Source: Camelus ferus (Eukaryota). Taken from it: a stretch of 64,000 bases of DNA. The notes beneath the pieces were generated by a model. It saw only the letters and a program-made list of their open reading frames with translations, was not told the origin of the DNA and ran no database searches. Position numbers and translations under genes: made by a program. Position 1 is the stretch's first letter, and each line of letters starts with the position of its first letter. Of the stretch, positions 11,961 through 25,310 are shown piece after piece. Location: positions 24,058,001 through 24,122,000 of the forward strand of contig NC_045697.1 of NCBI RefSeq assembly GCF_009834535.1, read 5' to 3'.

Positions 11961-14519
11961 ACTTGGGGTTATTTGTTCACGGGTGATGCCACTACTAAGA
12001 GAAAAGTGAAAATAAAACAGGAAAAAAGTAATAGCTTAGGTTCACTTTTTAAAGATCTGCAAATTGTTTATAATGATGAAAAGTCAGAAGTTGAGATTTG
12101 AAATCTCTTAATTATCCTATATACATCTATGGCTAAACTAATATATATTACATCATGTAATGTGTGTCAAATATATACCAGAGATCATGTTCATAAATTA
12201 TTTTGCCATTTTCATAAAATTCTGAGTTAAAAAACACTGTTTTCCTTATCGCTACATCATATTATTTAACAGAAACTAAACTTAGGAACCTGTATTAACT
12301 ACTAAAAGAAAATTAAAATACTCAATATTGGAAAACCAAGTATATAGCATTTCTCACAAAAAGTAATAATAAACTGCTTATTTCTGATTAGGTGTGTTGA
12401 TTATGGATATAATAGGTTTATGACTACCCAGTATACAGATTATATTTTTAAATTGTCAATAGCTATGTCCGTACAATATCTAGCATCTCATTCTCTTGAC
12501 TGTGATAACTGAACTAGATAAATTTCAGACTGCCATACCCAAATCATGTCAAAACCAATTGACTTATTCATTTGTCCACCAAGTCCTCTTAGTGAGAAAG
12601 ATGAGCAAATTCAGTTCATATTGACTTCACAAATGGAATCTTAAATCTCAACATAAAAAGATCCATTTTAAATCATGGAAATATTAAACTACTTCTGTTT
12701 GAGAGTGCCATGGAATCTATTTTTAGTATTGTTTACAAAAGTTACAACATCCACCTCTCCCCACCCCTCCGCTTCATCTAATATTGAAAATATTTGTGCA
12801 GTTTTCATTATGAACAAAGGCTCTACAGATGCTGCCTGAAAAGGAGACAGAAATGAGACACAGTCTCAATTCTCAAGGTACTCAGCAGTGGGGAAGATAA
12901 AGCAACGAAACAAGGAAGCATGTGTTGGGGATTCTCTTTGAAGAACAAGCAAATTACTATGGTAGTGTTTTAGAAAGAAGAATGCAAATATAGATTGTTT
13001 CACTAATTTTTATGCCTTTATTTACTAAAACATTTCTTTTGAAGCCTTGATAATAGACCGTGCTCTGTAAAAAGATGGAAGCTGTCAAAGCCCAGTGCAT
13101 TCATGGAAGGAAAACTTGTTTTCATACAGTGTAATGTCCTTCCCTGGGCATTCTTGTCTTCTTGCTCTTTGGTCTGAGGGCATCATTCTACAGGGAGATG
13201 TAGAGTATTTTAAAAAGAGTTGGCACCCTATTACTTGAAGATACATATATCTTGTCTTTGTGCAAAAGATGCCAAAATAACTTTTGAATCAGATAAGCAG
13301 CCTATTAAAAGACCGATGTTTCTTGTTAATTATAAACAGATTAAGAGTCCCCTGAGTTTTCCTGTCATGGTGCATTTTCCGGAAAAGGATTTTAGAGTGA
13401 ATTTCCTCACACATAGTTAAAAAAAACAGTATATCATTCTCGTTTTCCTCCTTCCTTCTTTTTGAGGGAACAAGAAACAGGGTCATAACAATAGGATCCT
13501 GGATAATTAATAAATTGATCATTGCCCTCCATTGCTATTTTTCTATAGTCAAATTTGAGAGATGGCTGTCGTGTTTTCATCAGAGCCACACAGTGTGTAA
13601 GTTGGGACTGAGTTTCATCTCGATGAGCAGCCAGCTTATAACAACCTTGGAAAAGCTTGCAGCTTTCTCAAAAAAGCCTCAGGTACTTTTCTTGCAAAAC
13701 CCAGGGCTTTTGTAAGATTTGTTTTCTCAGGTTGGCTTGTCTCAAAACCCATTTTTCTAGAGCCTGTTACAAGGCTTATGGTGTGTCAAAGAATCAGAAT
13801 TAATTTTTTTCCCAGGTAACTTAGGAAACATGATGTCAACTAACAGATACTTATTTCAGTGTAGCAGTATAGACTTCTGTAAAATTATGGGAAGGTTTTA
13901 AACATTTTTACATACATAATCACATAATCATTGTATTTCTCAAAAAAAAAGACTTCTGAAATTGCTTAATGACAAACAGATTAGAAACAATTTCCTAGGT
14001 GAATCTCATTTTATAATTAATATTGATATGTTAGGTGTATGTTTCAGGAAATTTATAATAGGGAAATAATTGACTCTACCTTTATCTGTAATAGAAATTA
14101 GGTTTAATAATACCAAGAATGTAAATTACAGATTTAAAAGTAAATTTAATAGCACTTTGAATAAACTAAAATCAATTAAAATACATAAAATTATACCATT
14201 TTCTTAGTAATAGTAAAACTAAAAGTTACCTAAATTTCTGTCAACCTGAAATAGTATCTCCTATTTGAAAGATGCAGTTTTTACTTTTTGAAATGCGTAG
14301 ATCGCTTTCCAAAATCAAGTTAGCACTTCCAAATTTGTGAAGAAAATAATCAAGTCTATGTTTTCAAATGTCTCGTTTCCACCACCGCAGATACACAGAC
14401 ACACAAACACATAGACATACACATACTGTAATTTCTTGAATTTTTGGGTCTTTATTTATACACTTTAACCTTTGTAAGTAGCTTACAATTAGCTACAACA
14501 CTTTCTGAACATGAATATA

Positions 14520-14700
14520 AAATTAGAATCCCTGAGTTTGAATATTGGCTTTGTAACTTATTAGCTTTGTGAATTTGATTGAATTCTTTAATATCCCTGG
14601 ACTTCATACATGTCACCTACAAAGTAGGATATAACAAAACATACTACCTATGTATGAATAATCAAACAATATTAGTAGGTCATATTAAAGAGCATTACAT
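14520..14700 (+). mobile_element. MIR SINE fragment
   Basis: cctgagtttgaatattggctttgtaacttattagctttgtgaatttg resembles the MIR core. Confidence 0.55.
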
Positions 14701-14988
14701 ATTTTAACACATTATGTGTATTTTTATCTGTAGGGTATCTGTTATCTATTAAGTGCATAGTATATTGTTATACTCTGAAGTAAACAGGAAAGAAATTCAG
14801 AGTACTGTAAATCTTTATCAAGAGATTATAATCTATTTCAGAGAAAAGTAATAACTATATCAAATATTCAAGTAGTAACACGAATAAATACAAACAGCAT
14901 AAGACTGTTTTTCCAAAAAGTGATAAATGCAACATATTGTCAAAATTCAACGGCCTGAGTACTCAAAGTCCCATGAAACTATAGAGGA

Positions 14989-15020
<32 letters not shown>

Positions 15021-15039
15021 ATACATACATATATATATA
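14989..15039. repeat. Compound (TA)n/(CA)n/(TACA)n microsatellite
   Basis: Directly visible. Confidence 0.9.
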
Positions 15040-16695
15040 AAACAAAGGTGTAAATTCTGCTTTGGACAGCCAAAAATACCAGTATGTTCAGAGAGGAAGT
15101 TCTTTAGTGGATAATAATGGCCAGTGAATTAGATGAGTTAACAATTTAAAGTTTTGAATAGCAATGGAAACTGGGCTCTTATTCAGAAAGGAATGAAGTC
15201 CCATTATAGGCTTCTGAACAGGAAAAATGTCATAATCCAATTAGGACCATCTAGGCAAACACATTTGATTTGAGAATGCCAGGTGGATCTATAGAGAGAG
15301 TCAGTGGCTTTGGAAATCCAGCCCAAATATCACTATTCAAAAATACATCCTTTTTTTTTTTTTTGTCTACATTCCATGAAACATTTAAATCTGCAGAAAA
15401 TTTGATAAAATCTGAAAATAGTAGTCATTCTGCCAAAAGCAACTATTTGCCTATAAACCAATTAAGAAGTGCTTTTGCATTTACATACCTCAATAACTTA
15501 GTTAATAAATTTCTAATGTGAATATTTATGAATTCATAATGTGAATATTTGGCATCTTATTTCTTTAATTCCACTTATTCTCCTTAGCTAGATTTTCCTC
15601 TTCCAGTGCTAAGACTCTATAAATTATGTTTTTGAAACTGGAACAGAGACTTTATAGTCACTATTCTGGTGAATTAGAGGTTACTCTAGATTTGAGAGGC
15701 AAGGCCATGCTCTCCTCAGTAATTCAGCATAAGAAAAGGAGTTAAATCATTGAGTCATGGGGTATTAAGTAGAACTCTCAGGCAGAAAGTCCTAACTCTG
15801 CCTACACTTAAAAAGAGTAGAAAGAGGAAAAGAGAAAGGAGAGAAAGAAAAAATAATGGGAAAGAATCACTAGCTGTGATCAAGTCATTCCAGTCTAGTG
15901 GGGAGTTTAAAATACATCATATGGACATTGGATTATAGATTATTTTTTTCAGTCAAATACAACAGCTTTCTCTACTTTGTCCTAGTATGTATATTCTGAT
16001 AAGAATGCTATCTTCAGGATTTTTAGGCTTCAAAGTTAGTGTTTTAACATGGACATAAAGCTGGTTACATTCTTTTAATTTTGTCAGATGTTAACTGTAG
16101 TTGTCGACTATCCATTATCTTTTTGATTTCAGAGTAGATCATTTTGTATATAATCCTACAAAAGGATGGTTAAAAATTTATATTTCACTATCTAATGTAG
16201 AATATGTGATCTATTTTCTTTAACACTATATTCTTAACACTACCTGATGTAGGGTCATATTCAATTGGTCTGGATTCTCTGAACATACTTAGCCAAGGCT
16301 AAAAGAAAAAGATTCAGAACTTCATGGTCATTCATGATTAAAGTTTGGGGATGAAATTATTCTGATGATATTCCATAAAATGGAATATCCATGCACAATA
16401 TAATATTGAGCTTAAAATCCTCTAGAAGAGCATACTTCAGTTACTGCACTAGAGACATACCCAGAATTGAATCTTTATTGTAGTTATATGATATTTCGTG
16501 GAGAAAATTAATATGTTCCCTTTACTGCCTTGGTTTAGGTTAGAGAAGAAGGGATTATGGCAGAAGAAAATTGTGACTAAACACTTTTTCTATATATCTT
16601 TGGTTAGAAAACAGAGTAACTGAATATAAAGATAGGATATAATGCAATGCAATGCAAGGTTTATTTCATCTCTTCCTTAACTGTAATATACAAAA

Positions 16696-16800
16696 GAATC
16701 ACTGAGCATTGTGTTAAAATGCAGACTCTGTTTTAGTTGGTCTGGGGAGGGGAATCTCTGAAGTTCTGCATTTATATCCAGCTTCCAGGTGACCAAACTC
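16696..16800. mobile_element. MER5-like hAT-Charlie fragment
   Basis: gaatcactgagcattgtgttaaaatgcagactct...ggtctggggagggg...tctgcattt...cagcttccaggtga. Confidence 0.6.
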
Positions 16801-17114
16801 TGATTTATTAAATTATTGTTTTAAGTGCATTTTTTAGCCCACATGTATTTTTTCTTGAGTGAAAGTTTTCTATTTTTCAGTTTTTCAAATTAAGCATAAA
16901 CCTCTTACAGCCTGGAATGTTTTTTATATCTTTGTATCCCTCATCCTGCCTATGAAGTGTTTAATAAATATTTACCCCTAATAGTGGTGAAAACTTCTAT
17001 ATATAAATTGCTTTAACTTTCAAGTCCCCAAAGGCAAAATTAATTGCTAGATTTCAATGTTAAAAACATTTTCAAAATGATTACTTGTATACTTTATTTT
17101 ATATTTGAAAGTTA

Positions 17115-17310
17115 GTATCCAAATCCTTGCTTGGTCACTTATAACCATGTGACCTTGGAAAGGTGGCCCAATCTCTCTGTATTTTGTTTTCTCAGATCAG
17201 AAAGAAATTGTGCCTCCAATGGTGATTTTGAGGGTTACATGAAATAGCATATTATCTGCTAAGAAATACCTGACATATGAACATCTCAATGAGTGCTAAT
17301 TATCTTATTT
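17115..17310 (+). mobile_element. MIR SINE
   Basis: caaatccttgcttggtcacttataaccatgtgaccttggaaagg...aatctctctgtattttgttttctc, MIR core plus 3' tail. Confidence 0.7.
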
Positions 17311-19346
17311 CTTGTTATTATTATTTTATATGTAATATGCACATACATACATATATCATACTTGTGAATTTAGTAGTAGTTTTTAAAGTTTATAACAAGC
17401 AGATCTCTATTGTGTTTAAATTCTGTGATAATATAAATCTATACTAATTTCTGTAACTTAACAGAATCAAAAGATGTTTCAACTTTACACTGTCTTGTTT
17501 AAGAATATATAATGCTTATGAAAATACAGTGAAACCTAATGCTTAAGCTGTAATTCAGTACTTGATATTGCTATTAATGAACAGCAGTACTGACATTCTA
17601 CTGTTCATAATATCAGCTGAACAGTTCCATGAGTTGCACCCTTTATTTTTTTGAGCAGCATGTGCCACTATAGCCAATAAAATATAGTTTATTCATGATT
17701 AACTTATGTACAGTACAACACTCACATCCTATCATGATTCTTTATATAATTATATCTTTTAGATTGTGTATAAATAATGTTACTATTATACTTCTTTAAC
17801 AAGGAAAAATACCAGTTTAAGACACTTTAGATTTAAAAAAGGAAGAAATTTTCTTCCAAGTTCCTTCATTCTCTATTTTAACAATGTGCACTTAAGGGAA
17901 CAATGAAACACCTTAGTGCATAGAAAAGCTGGAAAACTCTTGACAATATAGGATTGCAAAGTTTATGTAATTTAACTTTGGAATTAACTGTATTGTTAAC
18001 CCAAGGTGCTCATTCTTCTAAAAAATATCTAGTTCACTGAACAAATAACTACTTAGCACTTATATCCTAGGAGCTGAATGTGAATCAAAACATAGCAGTA
18101 AACAGAACAAATACCTTGCTAAACAAAGACTCTGAAAGCACACATGTATATCTCTTAATCTAGCCTTGAAAATCTGTGAAGTCTTCCTGGAAAAGGCAAA
18201 TCTAAGCAGGTTCCCCATTAAGTAATAAGCTGAAAATTAACCCCATCCCCATTTTACATACTTTCTTTTAGTATAAATTATATAGGAAATGTGAGGCTTT
18301 GTTGTTAAAAAAAAAGACTGATTTTAATTTTTCAGTTGATAACCATATCATTTTTTCTCTGTGTATTTATGTCAAAGCAGTTGATACCAAACATTATTTA
18401 CTCCTTATACTCAAAGGAAATAAGAAAACTGAACAAAACCATTGTGTATCAATCAATGTCCAAGTTAAAGTAAGTTAAATTCTTAGTCTAGCAAGATCAG
18501 AATTGTTGTGGGTCGTACTTATTAAATATTCTCCATCATAAGAGTGTGCTTGCAATTATTTTTATTATATGATTTACTCATTGGATGCTTGAATGGATTG
18601 TTTAGAATTCTGTCTTGTTTTGTTTTTTCCTTTTGATAATTTATTAATGAGTGAATTGACTTTTTTTTAAATAGGGTGTGAAAATCTGCAATTTCATGTT
18701 ATTTATTAGTGAAAATGTAACTACTGGTTAAAATGAAAAGACTATATGTGGACCTCCATTTATATATACTCTTGCCTACGACTCCCAAATGACAGTGATA
18801 AAGCTGGGTCCACTGTTCTCCAAAGTTGACTCTTAGGTGAGGTCTTTCATTAGCGTCTGAGACCCAGCCTTCTGAAGGATAACTGCCACCCAGCTTGGCA
18901 GCACTCCAGAGGATGCTGAGAAGGGAAACTTCAGGATTTAACCTGTTCTCTTTTCGCCTTCACACTAGGAATAAAAGAAGAGTCAATGTGCCACCTTTAG
19001 AGGCTGCCAACCCTGCCTAGGAAACAGGACCTACATGTAGATAGCTTTCTCTGTAGAGGACCTAGCATGGTTCCTTGGGCCACTTGAAAGGATGGTCATT
19101 GAAGCTAGGAAGAGGCTGTCAACAGTCTCTGTCAGTATGAGGAGCCTGGTGGGATGTAGGAAAACGTAACATGATTTATTTTTCCCATCACTGGTGAGAC
19201 CCTGGGTAGACCGTTCTAGTCAGCGATGAATTCATCTTCAGGATCCTTACATTCTGACTATATGGAATTGGAGAAGGCTGGCCTATGATAGGCATTGATC
19301 AGCTTCTCCTGGTAGGGGTTGGAATGTGAGTCTGAAGATACCTAAT

Positions 19347-19794
19347 TATATTAGTCAGTGTTTCCTAGAGAAACAGATCAGTAATATTTATATACATATG
19401 TAAGGGAAATTATGAGGCGGACAAGTCTTATGATCTGACATTTGTAAGCTGGAGACCCAGGAAACCCAGTGGTATATTTCGCGTCTGAGTCTGAAGACCT
19501 GAGAAGCAGGGAATGCAATGTTGTAAATCTTAGTCCAAGGGCCAGAGAAGATGAAATGAGGAATCCTAACTCAACAATAAGGGAGAAAAAAGGGGGACAG
19601 ATTTCTTTTTTCTCCATCTTTATTTCTATTCAGGTGCTCAAAGAATTGAAGGATGCTCACCCACACTGGGGAGGTCAGTCTGCCTACTGTGACTGCCAAG
19701 GTCATCCCGAAACACCCTCTCTACCACACTCAATAATACTATTTAGTCTTGGAACTCTGTGGCCAGTCAAGCTGACATAAAATTAACTATTTCC
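19347..19794 (-). mobile_element. MLT2-family (ERVL) solo LTR
   Basis: Begins tatattagtcagtgtttcctagagaaacaga, includes agctggagacccagg, ends ggccagtcaagctgacataaaattaactat; perfect 5-bp TSD CTAAT (19342-19346 / 19795-19799). Confidence 0.9.
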
Positions 19795-20129
19795 CTAATC
19801 CATCCTGAATCTCAACTTCTATCTTGCCCCCTTCAAAAGAACCTTTAAAATACATTTAAACCAATTGGATAGACAGCAGTGCATGACTTAAGGTGGTAAT
19901 ATGAATGATGAGCAGAGGATAAAGTTTACATATTAATAGCATATACAGTGTTAATAACATTCATAAAATGTATTTACAGAGGAAAAAAATCAACATGGGC
20001 AGTAAAGGAACCATGTTATTTTTGTTTTTAATATTTCAATTTAAAAATAATGAACACACAGTATTTAGGGGTATATATGTAATTTTGAATGTTAATATGA
20101 TGAAAATCTTATACCCATTATCCCATAGA

Positions 20130-20950
20130 TGATTATCTTAAGGGCAATTTTGTTTCCCAGAATATATGTCCTTCCATCCTGTTACTCTGGTATTAAAATA
20201 GATATGTACATTTTTGCAAGATGTATACAGTAAAAGTTATTTCTTTTGCTCAGTATTACATTCTGTAACATCATCCATATTGACATATGAGTTTTAATTC
20301 TTTCATGTTCACTGTTTGTAATATATTCTTAAGTCCATTATACATGTTGTAAATATCTTTTCCAAGTTTTTTTTTCGTTTTTGCATGTTTTTTACTTTTT
20401 AAAATTCTCATCATTTAATGTCTTTTTATAAACAGAAGTTCTCAATTTATTCAAAATTTGTCTTTTTATTTATGTTTTGACACTTTCATGTCACATTTAA
20501 GAACTCCATCCATACTCTAAGGACGTAAAAATTATCATTTGTATTATTTTCTGGAAGTTTTGTAATTTTATCTTTCACCAGGGGCATTTTAACTCAAATA
20601 GAATAAAATTTTGTCCATAGTGTGAGATACATTCCAATTGCTCTTATCTATAATGTCAGCCATTTCCAGACAATTTGTTTATAAGTTCATTCTTTTCCTG
20701 TAATCTACCATGTCTGCTCTTCATAATTTAGAAGTTCACATATGCATGGCTTTGTTTCTTGATTTTATATTACATAGTATTTGTCAATATTTAAATCTCA
20801 ATGTCTATATCTTGCTGTCTTAAAACTGCATTATTAGATAAGTGTCATTTCCTCTTACTTTGTTTTTCTGCTTCAGAACTATTTTAGAAATAGTTGCCCT
20901 TTGCTCTTTCATGTAAATTTTGTGATTGGCTTGTCAATTTCTTCAAAAAA
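20130..20950 (-). mobile_element. Ancient L1M ORF2 C-terminal/3' fragment
   Basis: Antisense L1 motifs aaacagaagttctcaattt, tatctttcacc, ctttgctctttcatgtaaattttgtgattggcttgtcaatttc. Confidence 0.65.
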
Positions 20951-20974
20951 AAAAAAAAGCAGATCTTAGCCATT

Positions 20975-21955
20975 ATTTAAGGAAACAATAATGTCAATTC
21001 CACAGAAACTTTTAGAATATGGAAGAAGAAGAAATATCTTACAATACATTTTTAGAAACCAACATTATATGCTGATATCTCATTGTGATATCCAGTAGAT
21101 GACATAAAGAGAAAAATACTATCCAGTATCCCTCTCTAAAGATATAAAAATTTTTAACAAAATATTAGAAAATCAAACCCAGCAATATGTAAAAAGGCTA
21201 ACACACTATGAACAAGTGGGCTTTATTCTTGCCATGTAAAATTGGTTCAACATTCTTAAATAATATTATGTAATTTATTATATGATAATTCATGTAATTA
21301 TTATAATGAACCCAAATCAATGGATTTAGATAAAACATTTGACAAAATTTAACATCCATCCCTGACTTTAAAAAGTAATTAAAGGGTGGAGGGTATAGCT
21401 CAGTGGTCGAATTCATGCTTAGCATGCACAAGGTCCTGGGCTCAATCCCCAGTACTTTCCATTAAAAATAAATAAACCTAATTACCCCTACCCCCCTAAA
21501 AAAAGCACTTAAAATAACACTAAATTTCAGCAAAATAACACTAGAAGAGAACTTTCTCCACAAGATAAAGGGTATCTATGAAAAACTTACAGATCATACC
21601 ATAATTAAGGTAAAAGACAATACTTTTCCACTAAGAACAGGAAAACTGCAAATTTATCTACTCTTATAATTCTTTTTCAGCACAGTATTAGAAGTACCAA
21701 CCAAGAATCAGACTAGAAAAAACAGACAGCATTCAGACTGGGGAAAAAAACTGGTAAAACTGTGTTTATTAGTAGACAATATGTTTTTATTATAAAACAA
21801 ACAATAAACAAGGACTCTACAGAGAAGCTACTAGATCTAATAATGTGAGATAAGACAGTGTCAGGTATTAATACATCACATACATAAAAATGAACTGCGT
21901 TATTACAGGTGAGAAGGGAACACTTGAAAATTTAAAAATTTAATTAAAAGTACCA
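20975..21955 (+). mobile_element. Ancient L1M ORF2 RT-region fragment, opposite in orientation to its flanks, interrupted by a SINE
   Basis: tttaaggaaacaataatgtcaattcc, aacaaaatattagaaaatcaaacccagcaatat, aaaacatttgacaaaatttaacatcc (KAFDKI-like), gaagctactagatctaataa. Confidence 0.7.
21384..21499 (+). mobile_element. vic-1-type tRNA-derived SINE (camelid)
   Basis: gggtggagggtatagctcagtgg (A box)...cttagcatgcacaaggtcctgggctcaatcccc (B box)...aaataaataaacctaattacccc; TSD aaaaagtaattaaa (21370-21383) / aaaaagcacttaaa (21500-21513), 12/14 identical. Confidence 0.88.
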
Positions 21956-22289
21956 GACATTCACTTGCTAATTTTTATCATCTCAGGTGTTTGAGCTATT
22001 TATTTTTACTTATACACATTCTTAATCAACATATTTTGATACTATTTTTACATTAAAGTCTTTTTAAAAATCTGCTCTTTGTTTTGCATTAGTTATAGAA
22101 TACTTTTTCCAGAATTTGAATTTTATGTCAAAAATATTTTCTTAACACAGTAAAGACAATAAATATTCTAAGGTTTTCTGGAGATAATTGGTTGGTGTTT
22201 TTGTAAGTGAATTTTCAGTCTAAGTGCATATTTGGAAGTAATCTATTCCTGTTTTTACTGGTTTTTTCCAACTCTAGTTTTCGTTATTT

Positions 22290-22990
22290 TCCTTGTGGAA
22301 TTTTGCAGTTTCATTCTGATGTGCTAGAGTTCTGGGGTGGGGGGGAATAATTTAGAATTTCTAAATTGAAGGATTAGTTTCTTTATATAACTCAAAAATT
22401 CCTTAGCCATTTTATGATTCAGTACTCTACTTTCTCCATTCTATGATATCCTTCAGAAAATACAATTACACCTACTTAAGACCTTGTCATGCTATCCTGC
22501 AAGTCTCCAAACCTCTATTTCAATATTAGACTTTGTTTCTCTGAGATGCATTCTCTTATTTTTCCAGTGTAGCTTTCATTCCTTAATTAAACCCTCAACT
22601 TTAATTTGACTTTTTGACCCATTCACTGAATTTCACATATTACTTGTTAGTTTTGATTGTACAAGTTTTATAGGAGCACTTATCTACTAATTATTTTTTA
22701 TATTTTTTAAAAAATATTCTTGTTTTTCAAGCTGAATTTTAAAAATTTAAATATATTAAGCATAGTTATCTTATATTCTAGACATGATACATTTGAAAAA
22801 AAATGTAGAATTAAATTCTGCTGTTTGTTAATTCTGCTGTTTTACCCCTTAAGTATTAATTCCTTCTGTACATTCTTTCAGAATGTAAGAAGCTTATATT
22901 CCTTCAAGTTTTATGTTTGGGTGATGTTTAAAGACTAAAAAGAATAATTAAGATTATGCCTTCCTGTCTTCTGGGAGCATCATAAATGTA
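22290..22990 (-). mobile_element. Ancient L1M/HAL1 ORF1-region fragment
   Basis: gcagtttcattctgatgtgctag...aaaattccttagccatt...aatacaattacacctacttaagacctt resembles antisense old ORF1. Confidence 0.5.
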
Positions 22991-24650
22991 GGTCCACATA
23001 AAATAATTTGAGGCTTTTTGGACAGCACAGGTGGTATCCTTTTGGACTACAAACTCAAATGCATTCCAACTCTGGTTGTAAAATCACAGCATTTTTAGAA
23101 AATGTATTTGGAAGTGTTATTCTGGATATATGGTCACCATATATTTATTTAAAACATGTTTATCAAAGCTTTAATGTATTTTATTAGTTAAATACATATC
23201 CAAACAGCAATGTATATTATATTCCATTTCCAGTTTTGTCTCATTTTGTCACGTAGACATAAGAATTAATTGCTGAAATTTATAGGAAGTAATTCAGAAT
23301 TTTTAAATTAACAGAAAAAAGAATATGTATTTTTCTTTTTAAACTCATTCTGTTAATAATCAACATAAAATCCTGTTCTGCCAAAGTATAAATGGAAATT
23401 TAGGGAAAAGGTTATAAATAGTTAATTGAATATCCTTGAGATGAGTAAAAATCACTTCTATCAATAGTGGTCTAAGAGATTTTATATATCCCAGTGCTCT
23501 TGAAAGTATTATGTCAACTGAAAAATATAAATTAGCACATCATTCTATCAGCATTAACTTTTTAATAAGGCAAAGGACTGAATTGTTTACAGAGAACATA
23601 ACAGCATGTTTTCAGAAAACAACATACAACATTTTAACTCACAAATATAGTAAAAGAATGTTATATATAATGATAATTTGAACTACATTTCTTTCAGATT
23701 ATGAAGAACAAGTATGTATTTTTATGTGACAATACATTTCTTTACATTGTTTTGGCAGAAGCATGCTTGTTAGATTCACAAACGCAAGGCATACAGAATG
23801 TTTTGAATCCAGTTTGAGGAAGAGTCTCTATATCCTGAGAATAATAACAGTTCTGGTTCACTTTTCAAGGAAAGAGTACAGTTTATTATTAGAGAATACA
23901 AAAATTAAAAATTTTACTTAAGTATTTTTGATTTTAGAAAATCAGCAATATATCCAAGTTTTAAGGTAAATAAAGCTCACTAAGTAGGCTAAACTGATGA
24001 CTTTAATCAAGTCCCTTATTTGAGAGTATGTAGAAATTTTTCTTGCATTTGTATCTGGATCCTAGAATAAATTTAACGTGCTTGAATGATTCTACTAATT
24101 TAGTACATTTTGTAGTGTGCATGCTTTTGTTTTTCCTCAGAGAAATTTTTATTTGGATAAATTTGCACATTCACAAACTGAAACCAGAAGTCTAGAAGTT
24201 TATTACTACTTATGGTCATAAAATGACACGAACAATGTAGCATAAGAGGGATATTATTGTCAAAATATGTTTAGAAGCAATGGTATAGGTATTTATGAAA
24301 AGGAAGCATAAGAAAAGAATGTATCTGAACTTCTGAATTCTAAATGAGCATTGTAGGATATTCTGAAGGCAGTAAGTACTTAACTGATTTTCCCAATTCA
24401 GCCTTAAAAGGAGCCTTGGGGCTAGTTTGTACTAGAAGTCTAGTTTATGGACCTAAAAAAGTATCTATGTAAAGTATCACATATTGCGAAGAATTCAAGT
24501 CATAAAATAAGACTATCAGATAAAGAAATGAGGATAGTATTTCATGCCTTAAAGACATGATACTAAAAAACTATCAAGAGTAAAGATTAATTTTAAACAA
24601 TTTTAATTATTTTAATATATACAATTTTGAAACTCAAAAAGTGAAACTTG

Positions 24651-25088
24651 TGTATTAGAGGTTGGGTTCCTGGGGAAGCAGGTTCTAAGACAGATTATTT
24701 TACAGGAAGTTACTTGGGAAGTGCTCTTAAGATGTAGATGTATTGGGAAAGGGAAGGAAACAGGACTGGGCAGAAAGTGAAATTAGGCTGCAGTGTAGTC
24801 TCAACAAGGGCAGAGCTGAGCCTCCATAGAATTCTGGAGCTGGGATGGTCCTTCACAGTGTTATCTTGTGAGGTCATGGACACAGGTTTTTATATCCCTG
24901 TGTCAAGTAGTTGTAGGATTCAGCTGCCTTCATTCAGAAAAGGGACATGACTTAGGTGAGGCATCTCTTCTTAGCTAGGACAATCCTGGGGAAGTCTGAC
25001 CATTGAGCTATGGAAGGCAGAAATTAGGGAAATGTCACTCCAGTTTGAAGGGGGGGTGGGTTTGAGGAGTCATCTGAGCATCCTTCAC
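24651..25088 (-). mobile_element. LTR16-family (ERVL) solo LTR
   Basis: tgtattagaggttgggttcctggggaagcaggttctaaga...caggactgggcaga...ctggagctgggatggtccttca, typical of antisense LTR16. Confidence 0.8.
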
Positions 25089-25133
25089 ATTATCTGACAC
25101 TTAGTATGTACTATGATGCCTGACTATGCTAAA

Positions 25134-25141
25134 TTTCTTTT

Positions 25142-25221
<80 letters not shown>

Positions 25222-25310
25222 TTTCTTTCTTTTCTTTTCTTTTTCTTTTTCTTTCTTTTTTTCTAACTTTCTTTCTTTCCTTCTTTCTTTCTTTCTAACT
25301 TTCTTTCTTC
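25134..25310. repeat. (TTTC)n microsatellite occupying the L1 poly(A) tail position
   Basis: Long TTTC array, degenerate on its right side, abutting the 3' end of the minus-strand L1. Confidence 0.95.

Noticed and set aside
21384..21460. tRNA gene
   Set aside because: The A/B boxes belong to a SINE head followed by a SINE tail and TSD; no complete cloverleaf
25113..25298. F/L/S-rich ORF, and the similar YLSI ORF at 48946-49263
   Set aside because: Translations of (TTTC)n and (ATCT)n microsatellites
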